A stretch of 64,000 nucleotides of DNA from Camelus ferus (Eukaryota), in the NCBI RefSeq assembly GCF_009834535.1, contig NC_045701.1, positions 5,518,001 to 5,582,000 of the forward strand, in the 5' to 3' direction. Below, in pieces: positions 47,987-61,678 of the stretch (its first letter is position 1; each line of letters begins with the position of its first letter). The position numbers were made by a program, and so were the translations under genes. The notes under the pieces were generated by a model that made no database searches, was not told the DNA's origin, and was given only the letters and a program-made list of their open reading frames with translations.

Positions 47987-50278
47987 GGACTCTTTTATTT
48001 TCTGAAGAATGACTATAATTATTGTGATCAGGAAGGACAAATGTCCCACAAATATTTATTGAACACCTTTTATGTGCAAGGCATTTAACTAAAGTTTTCT
48101 GGGATCAAGGAACGTGGGTAAGAGACATGGATCTTTTCCTCCAGGAAAAGTATCTACGTATGTTGCAGGGTAAAACCCTCTTTCTGTGTGTCATTTGATG
48201 TGTTTTTCCAACTGTGTTACCATTGTCCCAAATGCTACCTGGGCCCCCTATAGCTGCGACAAACACATGGCAGGTTTTCTAGGAGAGCTTTAATATTAAA
48301 CTCACTGTCCCTCCCCCACCCCCATAGGAGCACCCATACTTACCAGACTACATTCCCCCATATTTGGCTACAAGAGAGTGTCAACATGAGCACAGCTTAC
48401 TAATGTGGCACCTTTAACAGGAACACTCCCTTGAATATGGACATCAGGGTCTGTTTGTTTAAAAAACAAAACAAAACAAAACAAAAACCTCATTACTTGA
48501 TCGTCCCATCTTGTTTAACAGCACTGCCTCTCTACTTGTGTACCAAGACTCCCCCCGGAGTCCGCAGTCCTGACTCAAAGCAATTAAGGGAAAGTGAAGA
48601 ATCTATAATTAAAGCGAGAGACAATTGCTTCTTGCACTGGGTTTTGGAATGCAGCGTGTCACGTCCCACGGAACAAGATACAGCGTGCTTTCCCCATACA
48701 CAAGAGTGCTTTCTTTCTTGAGGATTTGTGATACTACCATCAAGAACCCAAGGAAGGGTTCCAGGGAGGGTTTGGAGCTTTGAGAAAGGTCTTAAGGCCA
48801 CTGTGGATGTCTTCCTTCAGTGTTCGGTGACATAGAGCTGGTCCTGATTCTGCTGTGCGCCCCCTGAGTACTCTTGCTCCCTGGAGGGTTTGCACAGGCA
48901 AAATGGTTCTAGGACAGAAAAAGGCCGTGAGTTTTCCTGTCTTACATCTTACCTTCTGCCTTTCAACAGCAGCAATTATGCATAGGTTGAATCAAGCCGA
49001 CTTGTGGTGAGTGTTGTCTCAAGAACAGCCATATTCCCTATGTATGTCAAGTTGAAAAAGCATCTTCAAGTTAATTAGCTCTTCCTCACAACCTCTTACA
49101 CGACAGCATCAGAGGGATTGCCATCACCCCCGCTCTACAGAGTAGCAAATCAAAGGCACCGAGGACGCAAGATCATCCAGCTGGGAGGTGGTTGAGCAGG
49201 AACAAGAATGTGGATGCCTGGCTTCCAGCAACGGTGCTCTTTTCATGAACCACGCACAACCTGGTTTTATATTAATATTTAATTCCCTGTTTAAAAGCAA
49301 CACATGATAAGGTGAAGAGGAGAGGAGAAGGCAGCACCAAAGGTCTTTTCTACACATGAACATAAAAGGTGACAGTAATGAGGTTGGGACTGAAGGAGTG
49401 TCTCACTCGACATGGGCCAGCACAGCACTGCAGCCCAGACTCCTAAATGGCTGATGGGAGAGCCTGGTGTTTATAGCCCAAGATGGGACACAAAGGACAT
49501 CTTCACGAAGACAGAAAGGCAAGTACGTTCATTTTGTTCCCAGCACCTTCAAGGAAGTTGGAGGTAATCATTAGAAATCTGCATTTTCTTCCCTCAAAAC
49601 TTTTGGGTCAGCAAAGGAATGAGCCACCAGTCAACCCAGGCAGCATGTTTGGGGGAAAACAAAGACAAAATATGTGGTCAGGACTGCATCTAGGGTTTCC
49701 TTAAGCCAGAGCCTGTGCAGAAATGACAAAGTCCACAAGCTTCGCGGTCCCGAGCCCTGAGCCAGCCTCAGGGGCCACATCGGAGCTGTGGAATGGTTTT
49801 AATCACGGCTTCCTGGCAATTCCCGCATTCTGTCGTATTGAATGCCGCCTATTCATTTTTATATTTTTATACTAGGTTCTCGAGTTTCCACTGATGTTCT
49901 TAACAGGAACATATGTGAAAGTGACCTCTGCAGCCTCCCGAGAGGTGAGCAGGGCTCCTCTCTTATGCTGCTGACCGTGAAACCTGATGCAAACATGCCC
50001 GTGGACGCGGACGGCCCCAGTGCCTCCTGCTCCAGCTGACGTCAGGCTCCCACTCATCCAGGCCCTAGGAGGGCCGCTGTGTTCGGTCAGTTCAGAATGA
50101 GGAATTCTAAAATTTTGTTCCTGTGCTGTGCACTGCCAACAGCTTAATTTTCAGTTGAGATGATTCGGTTTGGAGGCCTATGGGTGGGCTAGGGTACTGA
50201 AAACAGGCAGTGAACATCCTTATTTTTGTAACGACTCTTTCTTGGATGACGAGCAAATCCCTTCTCTCCAAGTACTTT

Positions 50279-50383
50279 TTTTTTCTTTTCTTTTTTTTTA
50301 GTGGAGGTACTGGGGCTCGAACCCAGGACCTCATGCCTGCTAAGCACGCACTGCCACTGAGCTATCATTTCTTCCCCCTCCGG
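50279..50383 (-). mobile_element. tRNA-Ala-derived SINE (camelid type)
   Basis: tagctcagtggcagtgcgtgcttagcaggcatgaggtcctgggttcgagccccagtacctcca plus A-tail; possible TSD gtacttt. Confidence 0.85.
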
Positions 50384-52363
50384 GTACTTTCTGTTGGGAC
50401 CCTGGCTTCTCCTTAAGCGAACCTGCTTTCTTCATTTAGTAGAAATTGCTTTTGCTCGGTAGAAATGCTTCTTTGAGTTTGTTCTCTCCGGAGGACCATT
50501 TCCACCTCAGCTAGTTCAGTGGAGGAGGGAGCCAGACCTTCCTTAGTGCTGGAGGTGAAGGAAACTCTCTGTTCTTTTTCTGAGGTCTTGGCGCTGGAGG
50601 AGGGAGCTCAGGCTGCCGGCCGAGTTCCAGAAGAGGCTGGGTATTTTTAGCACGGCCTTCTTTACTTCCCCGCACCTGCCATGATCTGTAACCCAAGGGC
50701 TACTTAAATGCCAGCGAGATGACTGAGGACAAGGCCGCCTGAGCTAATGCCCTGAAATACCATCCGAGGGAGGCTTTTCTTGCGGGAGACATTGCATTAC
50801 CAGCTCTGTGCCTCTTCTTGTTCCTCCCCAGACTGTGGGGCTGCTACGGGTCCTGGCTGAGGTGTGTGACGTCTGGCCTGGGAAAAAGTTGGAGAAAACC
50901 ACCGGATCTGTGTACCTCGATGCCAACCACTTTAGTTCTGATGATTTTACTCATGGCTCCCAACTGCAGTCTTTCCCTCTCCTGTTCATGCCAGATGGAA
51001 GCAACCAGAGAATGTCTCCACATACTTCCCTGAAGCAAAATCCTTTTTTGATATGGGAAGATCAAAATAATCAACTATGTGACGATGGGGGACAAAATCC
51101 AGCTAATGTTCTAGGCCAGATGATGATGTGGGGGGGTGCAAACATCCTTCTCATAGAGGGTACAACTCACTGAACTCATTACTCCCTAAAGATGAGGCAA
51201 GCTGAGAATAGAAATACGTTCTCAAGACACCTGCTACGTTTGTGGAGGACAGTTTCATCATGGGCCATGAAGGACAATGAGTGTGTCTTAGGATGTCTCC
51301 AATCCTGGAGTGTGACCTCAGCCCATACTGCCCACCGCATTCCCTGGTGCCACTGTCAGACATACAATAATGGGCTGAAAAATCCTAGGGCCAGCCTTCT
51401 AGAGGTGGGTGTTCTTAGGTGCCTCTGCTGATTTCTCTGGCTACTCTAAATTCTCCCCAATGCCATGGAAGACCTGGTTATAAAGGGAAGAACTTATTTC
51501 AAAAGGAAGTGAACCAGAACTTAAATATCCGAATGAGTTTTGTCCCCTTTAAGGTGGTCAGTTTTCATTTAGTTGAGTGAAACTTGCAAGCAGTGAATCA
51601 CACAACCCATGATACAGTTTAGTTAAAAATGACATGTATGATATACATAATATAGATGTGTATACACACAAACAAAACAATTTGGAAATTTGCACATTGA
51701 TCATGTAACTGAATTTACTTCCTCTGGGGAGGGGGAGGGGTCTAGGATTGGATATGGTGGTCAAAGAGGAGTGTAGCCATATCTTTAAGGTTTAATTTAT
51801 ATAAGTAGAATATTTTTACAAATTATATAAAGTGTTAACGGTTTCTTATTTTTCTTTACTGTTATTTTAAAATACGTTCGTGAAAGTATCATAGAAAATT
51901 TGAGAAATCTTCTCATTGCATGTTTTATAATTTGGCGTGTACACAAACTAAAGCCACACAGCAATTAAAAATCAATTAAAAAATAAAGTGGTCCATCTCC
52001 TTCAGGGCACCCAACTGTTTTTAAGTAAGTACCTGTTATTTGCCAGGCAAAACACTGGACACCAGAAATTTTAAAACAATCAACTCAGAATTCCGGCCTT
52101 TCTAAGTTGCTGCTTGTGGCAAACTCAGATTTCAGGCTGCCCACTAGAGCTGTCATTAGTGCTATTTTACAAGCCACCTAATAAAATTAGTTTCATTACC
52201 TTACCATCTTGTGTTTGGACCAAAAGCAACACACCTCCAGCTCAGTCACTTACCAAATGTGCCATACCTGGCTCCGGGCACCTTAAGGCTGTTCCAAAAT
52301 GCCAACCTACCCTCGAAGGATAAGGATTTGCCTCATGAGCCAAAGTCAAAAGACTGTGCTACA

Positions 52364-52786
52364 CCGTGAAAAAAAGAATGAAATAATGCCATTTGCAGCC
52401 ACATGGATGGACCTAGAGATTATTATGTTAAATGAAGGCGAAGACAAATATCATGCTATCACTTATATGTGGAATCTGAAAAAAATGATACAAATGAACT
52501 TATTTACAAACAAGAAATAGACTCACGGACATAGAAAACAAACTGTGGTTACCAAAGGGGTAAGGGCTTGGGGGGAGGGATAAATTAGAAGTTCAGGATT
52601 AGCAGATACAAACTACTATATATAAAATAGATAAATGACAAGGCCCTCCTACAGGAGGGTTATTCAATATCTTGTAATAACCTATAATGGAAGAGAATCT
52701 GAAAAAAAAATATAACTGAATCACTTTGCTGTACACCTGAAACTAACACAACACTGTAAATCAACTATACTTCAATTAAAAAAAAA
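52364..52786 (+). mobile_element. 5'-truncated L1 with a diverged 15-bp TSD
   Basis: aaagactgtgctaca (52349-52363) vs aaagaatgtgttaca (52787-52801); L1 ORF2 tail MPFAATWMDLE. Confidence 0.92.
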
Positions 52787-54342
52787 AAAGAATGTGTTAC
52801 AGAGTCTAAGGAAACAGAGGCTCCAAATGTGGCGCTCCAAATATTTTTGGAAAAAATACAAGTAAAAGAACATACAGCCAAATTTTGACTATGGTTTCTT
52901 AGTTGATGGAATGAAGAGAAATATCTGAAATACTTTCTGTACTTTACAAAGTTTCAAAAATGAACACGTTTTACTTTTACAATGGTAATAAAAAGTCGAT
53001 ACATGTTCCCAAACTCCTTTAACCATCAGCAACAATGCTTTCCATGTAAATACGAGCCCTCTCAAAAGGACAGTTTTGAAAGGGGCAGTGCTGCTCACTC
53101 TGAATCACCTGTTCGGTTCCTCGCCAAATTCTGCGTGTTTCCTATTTCACAGCCACAGCCTATTCGTGTGCTTGCCTTCATGCCCCTCGTGGCAGGAACA
53201 CTCCTTGTGGACCACCCCTCTCCCCTGCAGCACCCAGCTTCGGACGTCCACTGGGCAATAACACAAGCCATGAGAGCAGCAGACTCTCCCCAGACTAGGC
53301 TGGACAGGGCAGGACTTGAACCCAGTTCAGACAGGCACCAGAGTTCACCTTCTTAACACCAGACTGCATCGCCCCTCCAGGTGCTCAATGAGAGGAGACC
53401 CATGACACATGTTTACTGAGTGAACAAACGTTGCACATGTGCTGTTGCAATTTGCGGTTACACGTCATTAACAGCAATAGGAAAGCCGGCAGCCAGTGTC
53501 TTCCCAACTATGAGAAGAGAAGAAACAAAGGTCACTCTGGCCTGTGTTCACCTCCGCTCACTCTCCATCAGCCTTGCCGTCTGAGTATGATGTGCTTCCC
53601 CCAGCTGTGTGGTCAGTGGGGAAGCCGGGACTCATGTCCTTCTTTCCTCCAGGGAAGCTGGCATAGCTTGTGACTTCTCAGTCATCAGCCACATTCCTCC
53701 CAGGCACAGATGCTGGTGCTTGCTCTCTGGGTTTCTGGGTTCCTCCATTACAGGGAATGCATTGGGGGTTCAATGTCATTGTTTCTTGGGATGTGCTGAG
53801 CTGGTGGACCTGAGGGCCCTGGGATTGCCAAAGACAAACAGAAGCCCCGGGAAGTAACAACACTGTCACCGAGCACACCCGGTCCAGGGCAAGGCCAGGC
53901 CACGTACGAGCCCTTCTGTGCAACTCCAGAGCCATTTCAGAAATCACCATGAGGAGATAGACTGACTTGTTTAGGGGTGAAAATGCCCTTTTGGGCTTTA
54001 GAGTTACCCAGGCTGGAGTCTGAATAGGGATGAAGGCCCTTTAATCTCTCCTAGCCTCCAGGAGAAGGTTTCTCCTTCTGCAAACTACAGGCAAGAGTAC
54101 CCACCTCATAAAATTTTTAGGAGGATGAAGTGTGATGACAGAACCACCATGTCTACCACTTCCTCTCCAACATTCACACATGGGAAAATGACCAGCAAAT
54201 TAATTACTCCTATTTACCCCTCGAAATAAACAAGCTCACTTGTCTTGCTACCAGATGTGTCTTCAGTATAAACTATTGATGAATGAAAGTGAACATTTCT
54301 TGTCTTATATTTCACATAGAGAAGTCAAGGGTACACACTTCT

Positions 54343-54626
54343 TTTTTTAAAAAAAATTTTGATTAAAGTGTAGTTAATTTACAATGTTAGTTTCAGGTAT
54401 ACAGCAAAGCCATTCAGTTATATATATATATATATATATATAAATATATACACACACACACACATATATACATTTTCCTTTTCAGATTCTTTTCCATTAT
54501 ATGTTATTACAAGAAATTGAATATAGTTCTCTGTGCTATACAGTAGGTCCTTGTTGTTTATCTGTTTTATATATAGTAATGTGTGTCTATTAATCTCCAC
54601 CCCCTGATTTATCCCTCCCTGAAGAT
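54343..54626 (-). mobile_element. 5'-truncated L1 with a perfect 11-bp TSD and an internal (TA)n(CA)n tract
   Basis: TACACACTTCT at 54332-54342 and 54627-54637. Confidence 0.9.
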
Positions 54627-54679
54627 TACACACTTCTATTTGCACATTTTTAGGGAATTGGGAAGTACTATTTAAAAAG

Positions 54680-54900
54680 CATAGGCTTTGGAATTAGCAC
54701 AGCCCGATTTTGCCATTTATTAGCTGTGTGATATTAGCCAAGTCACTAAACCTCTCTGTGCCTCAGTTTCTTCACCTGAAAAACAAGGATAAATAATAGT
54801 ACCCACTTCATCAGGTTGTTGGGATAATTGAGCTAATTAATGAATGTAAATCACAGTGCCTGCCATGTCAAATGTTCTAATAAATATTACTTTTATAATT
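54680..54900 (+). mobile_element. MIR SINE
   Basis: aggctttggaattagcacag...ctgtgcctcagtttcttcacctgaaaaacaaggataaataatagtacc. Confidence 0.75.
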
Positions 54901-55234
54901 ATTAGGAACTTATAGAAGGTCCAAGGTGTGTGGACACGTGCACCCACACATCTGTGTCTCTGCGGGTCTGTGTCTAAAACATTAGCCCAAACACATTAGT
55001 ATCATGCCGTTTGGAGTTGTCTTCAGGACAATGAGCTCTTTTCACCCCAGACTCTTCTCAGAATGAGGCTGCTCTTCCATGACTTGGAGTGTGATTTCTG
55101 TTCTCTTCTAGGCCACTTCGCTTATTTCTTTTAACCAGATCTGTTGCATGAAAACGCTGGGGAGGTGGGACCTTGAAGCCCTGTCAGAAGTGTATCGGGT
55201 GGGCTCCAGGGGCAAGTCAAGACCTGATCCCTTT

Positions 55235-55450
55235 CTGTTTTATTTTAGAACTTTTTATTGATGTGCACCATACATACAGAGATGCACACACATCTTATAA
55301 ATATGACTCAAAGGAGTTTTCACAGACTCAACAGCACCTAGACTGGAAATTGGAACATTCCAAAAGCCCTTTTTTTTTTCACCTTCCACATACTATCTCC
55401 CTAAAGGTAACACTACCTTGATTGTCTGTTTTTGAACTTCATATAAATCT
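55235..55450 (-). mobile_element. Ancient L1M fragment
   Basis: ttttattgatgtgcaccatacatacagag...aaggtaacactaccttg...tttttgaacttcatataaat. Confidence 0.55.
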
Positions 55451-56544
55451 GGCTTCTAATTTTAAGCAACTCAGTGCCTATGTGTTTCTCCCCCAAAATT
55501 TATACTGTGATTTGGTCTCCACCTGTATTTGATGACTAATTCAAGCATCAACGAAATTTTCAGCAGCAGCTATGTGCAAGGCACTGGGTTATATGTTAAT
55601 TAACTAAAGCAATGAGGCAAAAGAAGTTTAGTATCTTGGTGAGTGTTTTTTGCAATCTTCCTCATGTGGGACCACCTTCTTGAGCTGTTTCTCTCTGGAA
55701 TGAGGTCCCAGTTTCCCAAACTCTTCTCTCTTGCCTGGTTTCCACTCTGTATCCCATGCAGGAAAGTGAATTTTCTTGGGTAAAGATCCCAACAGCAACT
55801 GACCACTGTATCCTATTTCCAATTCCAGAATTCCATGGGAGAGTATCTGACTGGCCTGGCTTGGTCCATGCTTGGTCGTGGCAACCACAGCTGGAGGGTT
55901 AGGGACACATGATGCTAACAATCTGTGGCTCCCCCCTAAAAAGAGGGAGCGCTGCTGAGGAAGGGGAGGGTGTGGCTTGAGGTTCTCAGCCAGGACCGTG
56001 GTCCACACTGGCCTCTCCCAGCCCCGATAGTCTCTGGTTTCTCTTTCCTCTCAGATGCAGATCCTTGGACCCTAAACTGACGTATTCCCCTCCTGCACCA
56101 AAGTTGAACTGAAGCGGTTAGATAACATGGCCCCTGGAGGGCTAGGACCAACGCTCCCCAAACTGCCGTTCGAGGCGATTTCGGACTCTCGCACAGTGTC
56201 CTGCAACTCAGGATGGAGGCTCTTTCATCCGGTTCTGAGAATCAGCTGTGGCCTTATGGACACACATGCTCTGCAGTCCCTCCCTCTGCGCAGGGGCTGT
56301 TCCATCCCAGCACAGACCTGCGCCCCCAAAATTAATTTCCTGGATGCAGGGACCACCAACTGTTTATGATGATGATGATGACTGCAGAGCATTGGAATCC
56401 CTGCCCAGATTCCAAAAGTCAGCCACGGGGAGGAGTGTTTGCAACGGTACCTTGAATCCCGCTTAATCTTGCGGTTAGAATGAAGAGCATAATGCTGGGT
56501 CTGTGGTCCCAGCTCTGCTTGTATCATGCGTGTGGGGCAGAGAC

Positions 56545-56850
56545 AGAAGCAGGGAACTGTGCTCAGTGTGCTTTACATACATGAGCCCATTTAATCCTTG
56601 CTGCAGAGCCAAGGGGGAGACGCTATTACTCCTCATTTTTATGGATGAGCAAACTGAAGCCGAGAGCAGTGGTTAAGCACAACACGAGTAACGCCCATGA
56701 TCATTTATCAAGCGCATTTCCTCCTTGCTATCTCATTTCATCCTCAAGAAACCCCACTTTACAGATGCACTGCTTATGGCTCAGTTTCCCAATTTTGCAC
56801 AAGTCATAAGTGGCAGAGGTTGGACACAGACTCAGAACTCTGATTCCCAG
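56545..56850 (-). mobile_element. MIR SINE fragments
   Basis: ctcattttatggatgagcaaactgaagcc; cactttacagatgcactg...gttggacacagactcag. Confidence 0.55.
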
Positions 56851-57800
56851 TCCCTAAGCAAATCTGCAAATAACTGAAATAAGAAGCAGATGGACAAGAA
56901 TGCTTTAGATGCTCCAGGTGAAATTCTGTGGTGTTACAGGGACTGGTGAGCTCACAGACAGATGGAAGAAATTGAGGAAGGAGTGAAGGAGAAGGCGATA
57001 TTTAGACCTAGTTCTCACAGGCGGGTGGGAGTGGACAAGCATAATTGGAGGGAAGAAAACTCCAGGAGGGCTCAACATGAGCCAAAGCCTGGGGACGTGG
57101 AGCATTCAGGAAACAGTGGCAAGTCTTCTGATGTACGGCGGAGACTGATGGGCAGAGTGGGCGGTGAGACTGGAAAACCAGGGTGCCTCTCACTTGGGCC
57201 GTGGAAATTGTCTCTTGACAGGTTGGGCCGGATGGGATGGTGGGTAGACAACTAACAGGTGTGACCCCAGAATCCCCTGACAGAGTTTCCTCAGCTTCAC
57301 TGGGTGCCCGCGGCTAGGGACAGAGTCGGGCAGCGGTTGGAGTGCCATTTTATTGGCAAGTACTGGGGAGATTCAGCAACTTCCTGAAAGCAGGAGCAAT
57401 GAAACTTAGAGACTGTTACAGAGGCAGTTGCCCTTGTAAGGTAGAGTCAGACTGCGGGTGTGTGTGCTGGGAAGCCTGCAGGTCAGGGAGGGGAGGGAGC
57501 CAGCTAGCGAGGGGTACCAGCTGGGCGTGGCCTCCTCTGCTCTCAGGTTAGTTTCCACCTCCAGAGGCACAGCTTATGGGAGGATAGCATCTCTCGTCTG
57601 AACCTCAGTGTCCTCAACTACGAAATGGGAGGTCATAACACCTACCACTCAGGATTGCTGCAGGAGTCCAGTGAGATGTACCAATGTGTCTGGGGACATG
57701 ACTTTCATTGTTCTTTCATACTCTTATTAACCCTCCTCATGGGTGCAGACCTTTTCAACTAGAAAATAAGTCTTTAGGAGTAGGGGCCATGTCATCTATG

Positions 57801-57936
57801 TATTTATTTTTTAATCTTGTTGAGGGGAGGTAATTAGGTTTATTTATTTATGTATTTTAATGGAGGTGCTGGGGATTGAACCCAGGACCTTATGCATGCT
57901 AAGCACGCGCTCGACCACTGAGCTATTCCCTCCCCC
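57801..57936 (-). mobile_element. tRNA-Ala(AGC)-derived SINE, camelid Vic-1-like (family name from memory)
   Basis: gggggagggaatagctcagtggtcgagcgcgtgcttagcatgc...gggttcaatccccagcacctcca, then the ...aataaacctaattacctcccc tail. Confidence 0.9.
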
Positions 57937-58423
57937 TTTCTTTCCATCTCTGACGGTGCCAGACAAACCCGCAACAGTTTCAACACACAAAATAGACAAA
58001 TGCTCGGGAAGGTATATCTGTCCCTGGCATGAGCCAGTCCCTGAGTCTAGTTTTTTTAAAAGTCTTATCTCTGTTCCTGAAATCGTACTGTGCCAGATCT
58101 CACGGGGCTGAAAGAAGCTAAGGCAGGCTTCACACACTCCTTCGATCCATGTAAACCAGGCTGCGCTGAGCCCCTGTTTTGTGAGTTCTATCCCGTGGAC
58201 CTTCTGCTGTAAAAGTGTAGGCTATTTTAGAGCCAAGAACGTGGAAAGGTGATCACCAATTAACAATCAAGTTATTGAAAACCGAGGGTCTGCTGCAGGC
58301 GAGAAGTAATTCTCCCTCAAGCCTCACCAAGAGGGCGCCCAGCCATCCTGGTGTCAGGTCCTGCACATCTGGCCCCGGGAGATGGGGCGGGGGTGGAGGG
58401 ACGATAAGGAACAGCTTCATTTT

Positions 58424-58453
58424 GCGTGCGTGCGTGCGTGCGTGCGTGTGTGT
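58424..58453. repeat. (GCGT)n-(GT)n alternating purine-pyrimidine microsatellite
   Basis: tgcgtgcgtgcgtgcgtgcgtgcgtgtgtg seen directly; potential Z-DNA. Confidence 0.9.
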
Positions 58454-61157
58454 GATTCCAGGGGCAAGAGGAAAAGCACCTGGGCTTTTTTGAAGAAAAA
58501 GGAGAAAGGCTTGGTTGTCCTAGAGGGAAAAGGGGTCAGGGCCTTGGGGCTTGGGTTGGGGAGAAGATGGGAGACCTTCATGTCTGAGGGTGGCAGGGCC
58601 CAGCGTGGATGACTGCTCGGATGCTCAAGGACCATGGTCCAAACACCACACTCATGCAACTTTGGCTTCTGTCCCGTGCCTCAGCCTGGCCTGGTGCTCG
58701 TGGATATTTGTGTGGAGAAGCCCACCTTTGAAGGGACCCCACAGGCTTGTACGAAGGACTCCCACAGGGACCATGAGGGATCACAGCTAGAGGACTTGCT
58801 CATATTGTCTCCTGGGTCATGAAAGCCCCGGGGAGAGGGCAGATGAACCACCCAAAAACGACCAACGTGGGACTTTTCACTGAGCTTGGTCTGTGAGGGC
58901 TCAGAGCCCAACATGATTTAGTTCAGAAACATTTCCAGTAGAAACAGTTCTTACAGCTCAAGATTTGTGCGAGTTCAGTTTACAATGGTGAACACTGTAT
59001 AGGGAAACTGCTATAGAAAAACTCTGCTAGGACCTGAACCCTCTGTATTAAGAGTGGAAAAGAGAGGGCCAAGGCTGAACTCAGGTCCAACCTGCACAAT
59101 ATTTGGGTGATACACTTTTTTTTGGGGGGGGGGGATTTGCTTTGGGGAAGAATGCCTGGAAAATGTGTGTCTTTAATAAATTTGAAAAAAGTAAAAGATG
59201 CCACCAAGCCACAGGAAGTGGTCTCTCTTAGAGTCTCGGAAGGGGAATTTGGACTTGAGCTTGATATTCACATTGTGTTATCCTTTTTGTGGTTCGAGTA
59301 TCAAACTCTAGAAGGCAAAGGTATTTTGGAAAGTGAGGGCTTTATAACGCTGTATTTTGTTTCCACTTGATTATCTCCAGAGCTCCTGGACTAAGTTCTT
59401 TTTTTGTCAATAAAGGTTCTCGCCTTGACACTTCACTGGAGTCTCACAATCTAGTGTCATCACCAGATTGTCACTGTCATCAGTTTTGGGGACACTGTCT
59501 GTTGCCCCAGAAGCCCATGGGCCACAGAAGGGAAAACTGTGAAGGTATGGTTAAGGAGAGACAGCGTCCCCTGGGGTACTGACACGGGAGGACTGTGTTA
59601 AAGGCCCCTCATTGCGAATCAAGGTGAATTCAGACTTAGGAACCAGAAAACTTTACGGTGAGTGTAGTGACAGCTCAACCAGTGCGAGGGGTGCCCGGCT
59701 AAGAAGGTCCGACCGCCTGCCGGGCGAGCAGAGAAGGGTGTTACTTAGGGCAGCAGCTCCGGGATGCTTTGCCAGGCGGAAGATGAGGAATCGAAGTGGA
59801 GAGGAGGTCAAAGCCAAGCCCAAGGGGGCCATAGCAGGTGTCAAACCCAAAAGGTAGCTGAGGTGGAAGGGAGAGGGGGCAGAGAGGTGAGGGTGGAGTT
59901 GGGAGAAGAGACTGGGCTACCAGGCTCAAGAGTCGGGACATTCTGTGAAGGGAATCGCGCGCGAGAGCGCCCCTGACAGCCGGGGGCTGCGTCGCTCTCC
60001 AGCGGAGAGTACTGATCCGAAACACTCACCCGGGGGCCCCGAGAGCATCATGCCCGTCTGCTTTTCTTCACCCTCTGGCTGCCTAGATTCTGCTGCCTGT
60101 CTGAATCTATCTACCTGACCCTCCGTCCCAAAGTGGCCAGGGAGATGGAAGCACAGAGAAACCGCAAGAATCCGCTTGGCCACCAACCAGTAACAATAAC
60201 AAAAGAACAGTTTTGATGGAGGATCAGAGGTTGAAATAAGCAAATGTTTCAGCTCATGATTTGGTTTATGTCTCCTTGCCTGTCTCTACATTGAGGAAAG
60301 AGATGTAACAGTTTATACCAGCTGGATCCCTCTCTCAAACTGCAGATGGATCTGATTTCTGCTCACACCTCCCTCCACTTCACGGGATGGGGCTGCCTTA
60401 ACCGTCTCCTCTGCACACTGCGCTTTTTTTCTGGGCTCCTGGAGCAATCTAGGTCTTAGGCCAGGGTAACGGCAGGACCTGCAGCTGCCATTCTGTAGAC
60501 ACCCGCTGAGCCAGCTTCGCCACTGGTCCTTCTGTGTCCTTGCTGCACTCCTCAGCTCCACGGGGCCTGAGCTCCAGGTCTGGGCTTCCGACTTGCTTAC
60601 CATTTCTACCTTGATTCCCTAAGCCTCTGAGACTGGGTTCCTTTATCTTGCCCCCTAGGATCCACCTTGCAATCATCTCTTAGTCTGAAGTCTTGCCTTT
60701 GAGTCCCTGCACCTCTCCTTTACTTTTCCCTCCACTTGCACTTGTCTACTACTTTCCTCCTTAAAATACAGAACTTCAAACCTGGATCTGCCTGACTAGC
60801 CACGGGGATGCCCAATGGTTACCCCTAAACTTCCCTTAAGCCAGCCCATCTCTCTGGACTTCTAGGATCACCTGTTGCAGAGACCACCATCGATCTGCCT
60901 TGGTGGGTCTCCCTGTAGTCTTGGCTAACCTTGTGTGACCTATCCCTTGCCCTCTAAGCCACTGTTGAATTCAGTGGCTCTAAAATCATTACTCCAATAG
61001 CCGACAAGTGCTTATTTATGTAGCACCATCTACATGGTTGGGAGCAACATTGCTCAGCCAAATGACAATTGAGAGGCAACAAACATTAGTTTGTAGTGAT
61101 ATGCAACCAAATGTGGTGTTATCTTCATTTACCCTTTTGGAGGAACATTTGACCAAG

Positions 61158-61678
61158 TGTATAAGTTATCTATTGCTGTGTAACAAATTACCTCAAAGTG
61201 TAGTGGCTTAAAACAAGAACAAATATTTATTATCCCTCACATCATCTATGGGTCAGGTATTAAGAAGTGGTTTAGCTGGGCAACTGTGGTTTGGGGCTTC
61301 TCATGAGGTTGTAGTCAAGATGTTGGCAGGCTGAAGTTATCTGAAGGCTCATCTGGTGCAGAAGAATTTACTCCCAAAGGAATGCAGGCAATATGGTGCT
61401 GGGTGCTGGGAGAATGCCACATTCTGTACATGGCTTCTACGTGGCTTTGTAAGTGTCCCCACAACATGGTGGTTACCTTCCTCCAGAGTGAGTAAATCAA
61501 GAGACCAAGGATGAAGCAGCAATCTCTTTTATGACCTAACCTTGGAAGCCACAGACTGTCACTTCTACCATATTCTATTGGTCACACAGACCAGGTTCAG
61601 TGTGGTAGGGGCAACATAAGAGCACATGTAAGAGGAGTTGAGGATCACTGCGGGCCATCTTGGGAGACTGACCACCAT
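61158..61678 (-). mobile_element. MLT1 (MaLR) solo LTR
   Basis: tgtataagttatctattgctgtgtaacaaattacc...tagtggcttaaaacaa...ggccatcttgggagactg. Confidence 0.8.

Noticed and set aside
57861-57932. Functional tRNA-Ala gene
   Set aside because: SINE 5' extension, A-rich SINE tail and related dispersed copies; substitutions in stems.
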